Positions 53,774-64,000 of a stretch of 64,000 bases of DNA are shown here, piece by piece. The notes beneath the pieces were generated by a model. That model was not told the origin of the DNA. It did no database searches and worked only from the letters and a program-made list of their open reading frames with translations. The stretch comes from Myxococcota bacterium (lineage in GTDB: Bacteria > Myxococcota_A > UBA796 > CAJQPC01), in assembly GCA_036229005.1 (NCBI GenBank), contig JAZAMN010000073.1:1-64000 (forward strand). Reading direction: 5' to 3'. The first letter of the stretch is position 1. Every line of letters begins with the position of its first letter. Made by a program: the position numbers and the translations under genes.

Positions 53774-55040
53774 GGCGAGCGGCCCTCCGCTTGATGTTCG
53801 CCTGCACCATGAAGTGATCGATGAGCGGGGCGAAGAGGTTCATGAAGAGAATCGCGAGCATCATCCCCTCGGGGTAGGCCGGGTTCACGACCCGGACCAG
53901 GACCACGAGGATGCCGATGAAGGCACCGTAGATGAGCTTGCCCTTGGAGGTGAAGGCGCTGGTGACGGGGTCGGTGGCCATGAAGACCATGCCGAAGGCC
54001 CAGCCGCCCAGGACCATGTGCCACCAGAAGGGCATCGCGAACATCGCGTTGCTGTCGGAGCCGATGGCGTTGAGACCGAGCGCGGTGAGCGCGGTTCCGA
54101 CGACCACACCGAGCATGGTCTCCCAGGCGCCGATTCGGGTGGCGATGAGCACGCCCGCGCCCAGCAGACAGGCCAGCGCGCTGGTCTCGCCCATGGAGCC
54201 GGGGATCATGCCCAGGAAGGCGTCCATCCAGGACAGGGTCATTCCCGCGCCCTCGCCCATCACCGCGTTGTCGATGCCGTTGTAGGCCACGGTGGCGGGG
54301 TCGGCGGCGGCGGCCTTTCCGAGCCAGGTGGCGCCGGAGTAGCCGTCAGCGCCCACGGCCTGCCAGACCTTGTCGCCCGAGATCTGCGCCGGGTAGGCGA
54401 AGAAGAGGAAGGCGCGGCCGGTCAGGGCGACGTTGAGCACGTTCATGCCCGTGCCGCCGAACATCTCCTTGCCGACGACCACGCCGAACATGATGCCGAG
54501 CGCGACCTGCCAGAGGGGGATGGTGGGGGGCAGGATCAGGGGGAAGAGCATCCCGGAGACCAGGAAGCCCTCGTTCACCTCGTGCTTGCGCACGACGGAG
54601 AAGGCGACCTCGGCCACACCGCCGGCGGCCTGGGTGACCAGGAAGATCGGCACGAAGTAGATGAGGCCGAGCACGAAGCAGGCGACCACTGAGGCGCTGA
54701 GGTCCCCCGCAGTGGCCAGGGAGACGTCCCCGAAGAGGGCCTGGAAGATGGCCATCTGGAAGTCGTCGCGGACCGGAGCGCCCTCGGAGATGGCGCTGAG
54801 GGCCTGGAACCCGGTGTTCCACTGCGCCATGAGGATGACGGGCTGGAGGGCCAGCACCACCGTGATCATCATGCGCTTGAGGTCGAGGGCGTCACGGATG
54901 TGGGCACCCTTCTTCGTCACCGTACCCGGCGTGAAGAGGATGGTGTCCGGCATCTCGTAGACCGGATGGAGCTTGTGGAACTTCCCACCTTCTTCGAAGT
55001 GGGGCGCCACCTTGTCCAGGGCGTTGCGAAGGAACTGCAT
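53763..55040 (-). CDS. nqrB: Na+-NQR subunit B
   Basis: DLKRMM, FGGTGMN, AYPAQISGDKVW, FMN site DGYSGAT, MATDPV, NPAYPEG. Confidence 0.98.
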   Translation of the reverse strand: MQFLRNALDKVAPHFEEGGKFHKLHPVYEMPDTILFTPGTVTKKGAHIRDALDLKRMMITVVLALQPVILMAQWNTGFQALSAISEGAPVRDDFQMAIFQALFGDVSLATAGDLSASVVACFVLGLIYFVPIFLVTQAAGGVAEVAFSVVRKHEVNEGFLVSGMLFPLILPPTIPLWQVALGIMFGVVVGKEMFGGTGMNVLNVALTGRAFLFFAYPAQISGDKVWQAVGADGYSGATWLGKAAAADPATVAYNGIDNAVMGEGAGMTLSWMDAFLGMIPGSMGETSALACLLGAGVLIATRIGAWETMLGVVVGTALTALGLNAIGSDSNAMFAMPFWWHMVLGGWAFGMVFMATDPVTSAFTSKGKLIYGAFIGILVVLVRVVNPAYPEGMMLAILFMNLFAPLIDHFMVQANIKRRAARHAA

Positions 55041-56410
55041 CAGCCTTCCGCCTCCAGGGTGTTCAGGTTCTCGCGAAGGATGGGCCCGTAGTTGTACTTG
55101 CCGGAGCAGACGACCGTGCAGAGCGCCAGGTCCTCTTCGTCCAGCTCCAGGCAGCCCAGGGCCTCGGCCTTCTCCAGGTCACCGGAGATGAGGCTGCGGA
55201 GCAGGAAGGTGGGCATGATGTCCAGGGGCATCACGCGCTCGAAGGAGCCCACGGGCACCATGGCCCGCTCGGACCCGTTGGTGCTGGTGGTCAGATCGAA
55301 CTTCTTGCTGAGGCCGAAGAGCTTGCTCAGGAAGGCCGGCATGGTGCTGAACTTGTTCAGCCCGGGGTTCAGCCAGCCCAGGAACTCGCGCTCGCGGCCC
55401 TCGGCCAGCACGCTCACCTGCTGGTGGTAGCGGCCGAGGTAGCCGAGCACGTCGCCGGAGGCGACGTCGCCCTTGAGGACGGAGCCGGAGATGACCCGGA
55501 CCTCGCCCTCCCCCAGCTTGCCGTCGACCAGGGTGTCGATGCTCGCGCCCATGCGGGTGCGGTAGAGCTGGGGTGCCGTGACCTTGGGGCCAGCCAGGGA
55601 GACGATCCGCTCCACGTTCAGCTTGCCGGTGCGGAAGAGCGCGCCCCAGAAGGCCACGTCCGCCACGCTCAGGTGCCAGACCTGCTTGCCGCGGGCGACG
55701 GGCTGCAGGAAGTGGATGTGGGTGCCGACCAGGCCGGCGGGGTGCGGACCGGAGAACTCGTGGACGTCGACGCCCGAGGCCTTGAAGTCCGCGCCGGGGC
55801 GCTGGCAGAAGTAGACCTTGGGGGCCAGCTTCTTGACGACCTCGAGGCCGGCGGCGATGTCCTCTTCGCGGCCCTTGAGGGCGACGGCGGGATCGGCGGC
55901 CAGGGGGTTGGTGTCCATGGCGTTCACGAAGATCGCCAGGGGCTCCGCGTTCAGCTCGGGGACCCGCGAGTAGGGCCGGGAGCGGAGGGCCGTCCAGGCG
56001 CCGGACTCGACCAGCAGGGCCTTGATCTGGGCCACGTCGAGCTCGCTGGCGGACTTGCCGGTGTAGGCCGCGAAGGCCTTGAAGTCCTCGGCGACGGGCT
56101 CTCCGGCGCGCTCGCTCTCGGTCAGCTCGATGACGACCGACTGCAGGGCGCGCTTGTCGCCGCGGTTGACCGCCACGATCTTGCCGGCGCCGGGCGCGGT
56201 GTGAAGAACACCCTCGCGCTTGCGGTCCTCAAAGAGGGCCGTTCCGCGCTGGACGGTGTCGCCAACGATGACCTTCATGCGCGGGCGCATGCCGACGAAG
56301 TCGGCGGCCATGACGGCGACGTGGGTCACCGCGGGGGCCTCGGCCACTTCCTGCTTGGGCTCTCCCGTGATGGGGATGTCCAAGCCCTTCTTGATGGTGT
56401 GCAAAGCCAT
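55040..56410 (-). CDS. nqrA: Na+-NQR subunit A
   Basis: [38 protein letters not shown]; start at ATG 56410. Confidence 0.97.
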   Translation of the reverse strand: MALHTIKKGLDIPITGEPKQEVAEAPAVTHVAVMAADFVGMRPRMKVIVGDTVQRGTALFEDRKREGVLHTAPGAGKIVAVNRGDKRALQSVVIELTESERAGEPVAEDFKAFAAYTGKSASELDVAQIKALLVESGAWTALRSRPYSRVPELNAEPLAIFVNAMDTNPLAADPAVALKGREEDIAAGLEVVKKLAPKVYFCQRPGADFKASGVDVHEFSGPHPAGLVGTHIHFLQPVARGKQVWHLSVADVAFWGALFRTGKLNVERIVSLAGPKVTAPQLYRTRMGASIDTLVDGKLGEGEVRVISGSVLKGDVASGDVLGYLGRYHQQVSVLAEGREREFLGWLNPGLNKFSTMPAFLSKLFGLSKKFDLTTSTNGSERAMVPVGSFERVMPLDIMPTFLLRSLISGDLEKAEALGCLELDEEDLALCTVVCSGKYNYGPILRENLNTLEAEG

Positions 56411-56507
56411 ATGCAGCAGCACTCCGGGTCTGCGTTCTTGATGAGGGGGGCAGCTTGGCGCGTGCCTATCCCACGGGGGCAGCGCGGGCCACAGCCCCGT
56501 TCCAGGG

Positions 56508-57248
56508 TCAGCGGGGCCCACCGAAGGCGCGGGTGGACCGAGCCAGTGTCTCAACCTCGTTTCGATACAGTTCACCGCCCAGGCGCCCGCCCGGGTTGAT
56601 CAGCAGAGAGCCCACCTTCAGGTCCATCAAAGCGGGAAACAACTCCCGCCCGCGCCAGACCCGATAGTTCCCCACCCTGGGCTCCTTGAGGCGCAAGGAA
56701 AGCAGGTCGGTAAAGGCGGCGTAGACCGGCCAGCCCTGCAAGGTCTCCACGACCAGCGGCGCCCCCTGATCGTCCAGCCTCAGCAGCAGCCGGGCCGAGA
56801 GCATCTCCCGGTACATGGCGCGCCGGAGCTCGGGCGCGCGGCTCTTGGCCAGGCCTCGGATGGCGTCGAGCAGGGCCGGGTTCTCGGTGTCCTCGCTGGG
56901 GCCCTGGTGCTGGTGGAGTTGGAGTGCGCCCTCCAGGCCCAGAAGGTGCAGTACGCGCGCCGCGCGCGCCGCGATGGCTTCGATCTCCTCGACCCCATCG
57001 ACCCGCTGGAGGGTCTTGAAGGGGCTGACCTGGGTGAAGCCCTCGGCGCGCACGCCCTGGACCGCCTCCAGCCCGAACTTGCGGCCCTTGGGCAGGTAGT
57101 GGCTGGAGATGGGCTCGGTGCGGATCCGTGCCCCCTCCCGGTGGAAGATCAGCCAGAGGGGAGGGGCCTCGACCACCAGCCGGCCGCCGGGCCCACCGCT
57201 GTCGACCATGGCCCTCAAGGCTTCGTTCAGGACTGTCTCAGTGCTCAC
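56508..57248 (-). CDS. Hypothetical protein with a C-terminal SseB-like domain
   Basis: ENPALLDAI...ARLLL...YAAFTD...LLINPGG; start uncertain (GTG 57248 or TTG 57272). Confidence 0.65.
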   Translation of the reverse strand: MSTETVLNEALRAMVDSGGPGGRLVVEAPPLWLIFHREGARIRTEPISSHYLPKGRKFGLEAVQGVRAEGFTQVSPFKTLQRVDGVEEIEAIAARAARVLHLLGLEGALQLHQHQGPSEDTENPALLDAIRGLAKSRAPELRRAMYREMLSARLLLRLDDQGAPLVVETLQGWPVYAAFTDLLSLRLKEPRVGNYRVWRGRELFPALMDLKVGSLLINPGGRLGGELYRNEVETLARSTRAFGGPR

Positions 57249-57350
57249 GAGGTGCTCCTGGTACCGACCCAAGCCCTATCGCACATCCCTTCGCAAGACT
57301 GTCTCTCGGATGGGACAAGCCAATCCCCCTCCGACTCGATAGCGACGCCC

Positions 57351-59128
<1,778 letters not shown>

Positions 59129-59132
<4 letters not shown>

Positions 59133-59737
59133 AGGTCCTGGGGCTGGATGAGGCGGGCCGCGGCTGCGTGCTGGGGCCCCTGGTGGTCGGCGCCTTCTGC
59201 GTGGAGGAGGCGGGCATCCAGGCCCTCAAGGACGCCGGCGCGACCGACTCCAAGAAGCTGAGCGCCAAGAAGCGGGAGTCGCTGATCGAGCCCCTGGGGC
59301 TGCTGGGCGAGCACCGGCTGATCGACGTGAGCGCCCGTGAGATCGACGGCGGGAACATCAACGACCTGGAGCTGACCGCCTTCGTCGATCACATCCAGCA
59401 CTTCCGGCCGGACCGCGTGATCATCGACGCGCCGGTGCACCCCAAGGGCATCCCCAACTTTGTCGCCAAGCTGCTGGCCGCCCTGGACTACGAGCCTGAG
59501 CTGGTGGTCGAGCCCAAGGCCGACCTGAACTACCCCCCCTGCGGCGCCGCGAGCATCTTCGCCAAGGTGCACCGGGACGCGCAGATCACCCCCCTGGGCG
59601 CCGGCTCGGGCTACCCCTCGGATCCCAAGACGCGCGCCTGGATCCAGGGCTTCTTCCAGCGCGACGAGCCCCTGCCTGACTGCGTGCGCACGCGCTGGGA
59701 TACGGTCCGGAAGCTGCGACAGCTCCCCCTGCTCTGA
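59129..59737 (+). CDS. rnhB: Ribonuclease HII
   Basis: GLDEAGRG, DSKKL, IIDA, KAD...AASIFAKVHRD, GSGYPSDP; GTGA overlap. Confidence 0.95.
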
Positions 59738-59746
59738 GGGTCCCCG

Positions 59747-60430
59747 ATGCTCTCCCTGGTCCTGCCCCTCTACAACGAGGCGGCCTGCGTGGACGCCACG
59801 GTCCGCGATCTGCTGGAGGCCCTCAAGGGGGTCGGGCTGGAGCTGGTGCTGGTCAACAACGGCAGCCAGGACGACACCGGCCGCCGCATCAACCAGCTCG
59901 CGGTGGACAACAAGAAGGTCAAGGCCTTCCACCTGCAGGACAACGCCGGCTACGGCGGCGGGATCCGCTTTGGCCTTCGGATGGCCAGCGGCGACATCCT
60001 GGGCTGGGCCTGGGGGGATGGTCAGATCGCCCCGGAGCACGTCCGGGCCTGCCTGAATCTGGTGCGCCGCGAGGGCGCGGACATCGCCAAGGTGCGCCGT
60101 GTGGAGCGCCAGGATGGCCGGGATCGGGCCCTGGTGAGCGCGGTCTACTCGCAGGTGATGCGCCGGGGCTTCGGGCTCCAGACCACCGACGTGAACGGCT
60201 GTCCCAAGCTGATGCGCCGCGCGACCTACGAGCGCCTGGACCTGCGCTCGGACGACTGGTTCCTGGACCCCGAGCTGATGCTCAAGGCCGCCGAGCTGGG
60301 TCTTGACGTGCGCGAGGTGGACGCCACGATGCTCCCCCGCCCGGGCGGCTCATCCAAGGTCAACTGGCGCACGGTCGTGGAGTTCAACCAGCGCCTCTTG
60401 GCCTGGAAGCGGGGCTGGCGGCCGGAGTGA
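59747..60430 (+). CDS. Glycosyltransferase family 2 (polyprenol-phosphate glycosyltransferase-like)
   Basis: SLVLPLYNE, VNNGSQDDT, NAGYGG, GDGQ, DVNGCPK, R..GSSK. Confidence 0.92.
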   Translation: MLSLVLPLYNEAACVDATVRDLLEALKGVGLELVLVNNGSQDDTGRRINQLAVDNKKVKAFHLQDNAGYGGGIRFGLRMASGDILGWAWGDGQIAPEHVRACLNLVRREGADIAKVRRVERQDGRDRALVSAVYSQVMRRGFGLQTTDVNGCPKLMRRATYERLDLRSDDWFLDPELMLKAAELGLDVREVDATMLPRPGGSSKVNWRTVVEFNQRLLAWKRGWRPE

Positions 60431-60446
60431 GCCCTGGGACGCCCCC

Positions 60447-61793
60447 TCAGGCCAGCAGCTCCGAGATCACGCCCCCCTCCAGGTCGGGGTGGCCGAAGTC
60501 TTCGACCCACTCCTCGCCCTTGACGCCCATGGCCGTGGCCAGGGTGTTGAAGAGGCGGTTGTGGGTGATGCCCCCCAGGTCCAGGTGCTGGCCCACGGCC
60601 AGGCGGCCGCCCGCGGAGCCTGCCAGGATGAAGGGCACGTTGTTGTAGGTGTGCGAGGGCCCGGCGCCCAGGTCGTTGCACCAGACCGCGCAGCCCTGGT
60701 CCAGCACGCCGTGCTCGTTGAGGCGGTCCAGCAGGTGCAGGAAGGTCTGGGCGAAGAGCCGGTCGATGGCCTTGTGCATCTCGTAGGCGCCCTCGATGGC
60801 CTCGCCGTCAGACCCGTCCGAGTAGATGCGGTGACTGACCCAGTGGAAGGACGGTAGGCGCTGCCCGTTGACCGTGTACTCGGTGCTGTCGTTCCCATCC
60901 CCGATCTGCAGGGTGCCCGAGCGCACGAAGCCACACGAGGCCGCCAGCGCCATCAGGTCCATCTGCCAGCGCGCGTAGTTCAAGCGCTCGTCGTCCAGGC
61001 GGGAGAGGCCCACGCCGTCGCGCATGGCGTCCTCCTGCTCCTGGCTCAGGCGGCAGGAGAGGCGCTCGAAGTCGCGGATGCTCTCGCGGTGCAGGTCCAG
61101 GCGGGCGACGTCCGAGCTGGAGAGCCCGGGGTGGGCCATCAGGGCGTCGAGCTGCGCGGCGAGCACGTCGTTGGCGCTCTGGCGCTGCAGGTCCAGCACC
61201 TCGAGGCTCACCCCGTCGGTGAGGCCCAGCATGCGCTGGTAGGCGGTCCAGGGGTCGTCCTCGGCGGCCCGCAGATCCTTCTCCCCGCGGTAGGACAGGA
61301 CCTCCTCCAGGTAGCCGTTGCGGGGCCCGGTGTAGAGGGTCAGCGGCTCCCCGCCGTTCTCGTCGAAGTGCCGGGCGACGTAGCTGTCGATGGACTCGCC
61401 CATGGCCAGGCTCCCGGCCCCGCTGGGGTCATCGGAGACCTCGTGCGCGGTGAGCACCTGGTTGCCGCCCCCGGAGTGGCCGCAGCCGTTGCTGGAGAAG
61501 GCGAACTTGAGGCCCTTCACCGCGGCGATGGACGACCCGTAGGGCGCGAGCTCCGAGAGCACCCGGTCGCTGTCGGCCTCCAGGATCTCGCGGGAGAGCT
61601 CGCCCTCGGCGCTGGGCCAGAAGCCCTCGGCCTCGCCGTTGTCGGCCTGGCTCACGCCGTTGCCCTGGCGCACAAAGAAGAGGAAGGGGTCGCCCTCGGC
61701 GGCCCGGGCCTCACCGTGGATGGACTCCAGAAAGGGCAGGCCCAGGGTGAGTCCGGCGGTCCCGGTCAGGAAGATTCGGCGGGAGGTCTTCAT
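60447..61793 (-). CDS. DUF1552 (HXXSHH) family protein with a Tat-like leader
   Basis: SRRIFL..LPFLES, SIDSYVA, DVARLDLHRESIRDFE, HWVSH, NVPFILAGSAGG. Confidence 0.9.
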   Translation of the reverse strand: MKTSRRIFLTGTAGLTLGLPFLESIHGEARAAEGDPFLFFVRQGNGVSQADNGEAEGFWPSAEGELSREILEADSDRVLSELAPYGSSIAAVKGLKFAFSSNGCGHSGGGNQVLTAHEVSDDPSGAGSLAMGESIDSYVARHFDENGGEPLTLYTGPRNGYLEEVLSYRGEKDLRAAEDDPWTAYQRMLGLTDGVSLEVLDLQRQSANDVLAAQLDALMAHPGLSSSDVARLDLHRESIRDFERLSCRLSQEQEDAMRDGVGLSRLDDERLNYARWQMDLMALAASCGFVRSGTLQIGDGNDSTEYTVNGQRLPSFHWVSHRIYSDGSDGEAIEGAYEMHKAIDRLFAQTFLHLLDRLNEHGVLDQGCAVWCNDLGAGPSHTYNNVPFILAGSAGGRLAVGQHLDLGGITHNRLFNTLATAMGVKGEEWVEDFGHPDLEGGVISELLA

Positions 61794-63808
61794 TCTGCGT
61801 CCATCCGGGTGCGGAAGCTGGGAGAGCTGACCAGGGCGACCAGCAGCTCGACGATGGGGAGCCCCTCGGCACTCTGGGCGCCCAGCTCCTCCAGCAGGGC
61901 GTCATCCGCGGCCTCGGTCGTGCGGCCGTGGGTCCAGGAGAGCCAGTGGCCGGCGTAGCAGCGGTGCGTCTCGGGGTGCTGGGCGATGATCTCGACGAAC
62001 TCGCGCCCGTGGGTCCAGCTCTCGCTGCCCCCGTCAAAGGAGAAGGTGCCGGAGGCGTCCACGGGCTTGCCGTTGTCCTCGCTCCGGATCTGACCCATCG
62101 CGTCGTAGGCCTCGAACGCAAAGCCCGGGGGGTTGATCATGGTGCTGTGGCACCCAGCGCCGCAGGTCCCGTCCCCCGTGTGGGCCTCGACCCGCTCCCG
62201 GTTGGTCTGGTCGGGGTCCAGCCCGGGGAGCCCGGTGACGTTGTCCGGCGGATCCGGCAGGTCCCGGCAGAGCACCTCCAGGTTCACGAACACGCCGCGG
62301 TGGATGGAGGACGGCGTGGTGCTGTCCGCGTGGTGGGAGAGCCAACCGGCCTGGGTGAGCAGTCCGCCGCGCTCGTTGGGGTCGAGCTCCACCCGCTCCA
62401 TGCCTGTGTCCAGCTCGCCGGCGTCCAGGCCGTAGACCGGCGCCAGGTCCGCGTTCACGAAGGTGAAGGGCGCCGCATAGAGGCTGTAGACGCCCGACTG
62501 CTCCTGGAACACGACCTCGTCCACGAAGAGCTCGACCTCCCGGCGCATCGCGCTGTTCAGGTCGGCGCTCCACACCGGGAAGCGCTCGGGGTCCTTGTAG
62601 ATGTTCTCGTAGGTGTCCAGGGCCATGAGCTGGCCGTGGAAGTCCTCGACCACCGCCCGGGCCCGCGGATCCTCAAGCATGCGCCAGGCCTGCGCCTGGA
62701 CCTCGGCCTCGGTGCCCAGCTCTCCCGCCGCGGCGGCCTCGAAGAGGGTCGCATCCGGCATGGAGTTCCACAGCGCGTAGCTGAGCTTCGCGGCGATCTC
62801 CCAGTCGTCCAGGGGGATGCGGCCGTCCTCGTCGGTCTCCTGGCTCGCCTCCACCCGGTACAGGAAGTGGGGGGACTGGAGCATGGTCGCCAGCGTGAGC
62901 TGCACACCGTCCGCGAAGTCGTCCCCGCTCTCGAAGATCTCTGGACCCTGCTGCCACAGCGAGGTCATCGTTTCGATCTCCGCGTCCGTCAAGGGGCGAC
63001 GCCAGGCGCGCTGACCGAAGGCCGCGATCCACGCCTCGGCCTCGGCCTGGCCCGCGGTGGACTCCCCCAGCAGCGAGCTGCCCCGCACCTGGAGGTAGTC
63101 CACGGACAGGTTGCGGTCGTTGCCCGCGTCCGCGTCGTAGCAGTCGTTGGTGAACTTGACCGAGACGTTGTGCACGCCGGCGGCCAGCTCCACGTCGTGC
63201 TCGTAGAGGGTGTAGGTGGGCGTGGTCTCCCCCTCCCCCACCAGCACATCGTCCACGTAGAGCTCGTAGGTCGCATAGACCTCGTCCCCGCAGTCGCTGC
63301 CCAGCAGCTCGGCGCCCACCGCGTACTTGGCGTTGTTCGGCAGCTCGAAGTCGGCGCTCAAGGTGCCGGTGGACCAGAGCATCCACCCGCTGCTGATGCC
63401 GCCACCGGAGGTGGTGACCACCCCGTCGGCCTCGGCCTCGATGACCTCGACGTGCTCCTCCCCGCCGCTGCGGGGGTCCTGGGGCACCACGGCGGCATAG
63501 CGGTCTGGATCGCTGACCGTCAGCCGCGCCAGCTCCTCGGCCGCCCGCTGGTAGTCCTGGAAGCGCACCGCGTCGACCTGGAGGGCCTCGGCGTTGTTGT
63601 TGAAGCCTTCGGAGAGGGTGTCCTGCAGGAAGGCGTCGGACAGGCCGGTCTCGGCCTCCAGCGCCAGCAGGTCAGCGACTGTGTTCTCCCACTGGGTGTG
63701 GGTCAGTCGCGCAACCCGAGGGCTGGCCGTGACCTCAAGCTCCGCCTCGGTCGTAGGCGTCGCGTCCTGCTGGCAGCCACCGCAGGCGATCAAGAACAAT
63801 GCGAGCAC
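61790..63808 (-). CDS. DUF1592-cluster protein (DUF1587/1595/1592/1588/1585) with an inserted carbohydrate-binding-like domain
   Basis: RLTHTQWENTVADLL, RAWRRPL, QSPHFLYR, LSYALWNSMPD, RGGLLTQ, SSIHRG, CGAGCH; start uncertain (GTG 63808; ORF open to 63862). Confidence 0.9.
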   Translation of the reverse strand: MLALFLIACGGCQQDATPTTEAELEVTASPRVARLTHTQWENTVADLLALEAETGLSDAFLQDTLSEGFNNNAEALQVDAVRFQDYQRAAEELARLTVSDPDRYAAVVPQDPRSGGEEHVEVIEAEADGVVTTSGGGISSGWMLWSTGTLSADFELPNNAKYAVGAELLGSDCGDEVYATYELYVDDVLVGEGETTPTYTLYEHDVELAAGVHNVSVKFTNDCYDADAGNDRNLSVDYLQVRGSSLLGESTAGQAEAEAWIAAFGQRAWRRPLTDAEIETMTSLWQQGPEIFESGDDFADGVQLTLATMLQSPHFLYRVEASQETDEDGRIPLDDWEIAAKLSYALWNSMPDATLFEAAAAGELGTEAEVQAQAWRMLEDPRARAVVEDFHGQLMALDTYENIYKDPERFPVWSADLNSAMRREVELFVDEVVFQEQSGVYSLYAAPFTFVNADLAPVYGLDAGELDTGMERVELDPNERGGLLTQAGWLSHHADSTTPSSIHRGVFVNLEVLCRDLPDPPDNVTGLPGLDPDQTNRERVEAHTGDGTCGAGCHSTMINPPGFAFEAYDAMGQIRSEDNGKPVDASGTFSFDGGSESWTHGREFVEIIAQHPETHRCYAGHWLSWTHGRTTEAADDALLEELGAQSAEGLPIVELLVALVSSPSFRTRMDAE

Positions 63809-63880
63809 AGGAGTCCTCCCTGCGCTCAGCGTCTCACGAACAGGCGTTCGAAAGGCTGTCAATCCGGCAACAGTGCCGGG

Positions 63881-64000
63881 TCAGCGCCGCTCGATCGCCT
63901 CTACCGCGAGGCGGTCCGCCCGCTCGTTCTCGGGGATCCCGACGTGCCCGGCGACCCAGTCCAGGCTCACGCCGGGGCGCTCCTTGAGGCGGGCGCGCAG
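63881..64000 (-). CDS. rnhA: Ribonuclease HI, 3' end only (runs off the window)
   Basis: Hand translation LRARLKERPGVSLDWVAGHVGIPENERADRLAVEAIERR* matches the WVxGHxGxxxNExADxLA motif. Confidence 0.9.
   Translation of the reverse strand: MRARLKERPGVSLDWVAGHVGIPENERADRLAVEAIERR

Overview
A gene-dense, very GC-rich bacterial window. MYXO-CTERM-like tails, a DUF1592/DUF1552 pair and a membrane Ser/Thr kinase point to a Myxococcota-like organism, and a complete Na+-NQR suggests a saline habitat (both inferences). Housekeeping genes: prfC, tyrS, an hpf/raiA-like gene, a tandem double uvrA, nqrABCDEF-apbE-nqrM, rnhB and the 3' end of rnhA. I found no tRNA, rRNA, CRISPR array or mobile element. Best leads: (1) eight to nine predicted lipoproteins with ultra-short (Cys at residue 8-13), uncharged signal peptides, several with starts fixed by gene overlaps; (2) a tightly coupled six-gene all-lipoprotein operon (45774->36966) whose first and last genes share a paralogous domain, and which includes a vWA protein carrying a circularly permuted lamin-tail domain; (3) several apparently degenerate enzymes (signal peptidase I without its Lys, a STAND-TPR protein with broken Walker motifs, a subtilase with Thr in the nucleophile register, an acyltransferase with HX4Q); (4) an Nta1-like amidase and an archaeal/eukaryotic-type RNase HII. 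All family calls come from reading motifs by eye; no database search was run.
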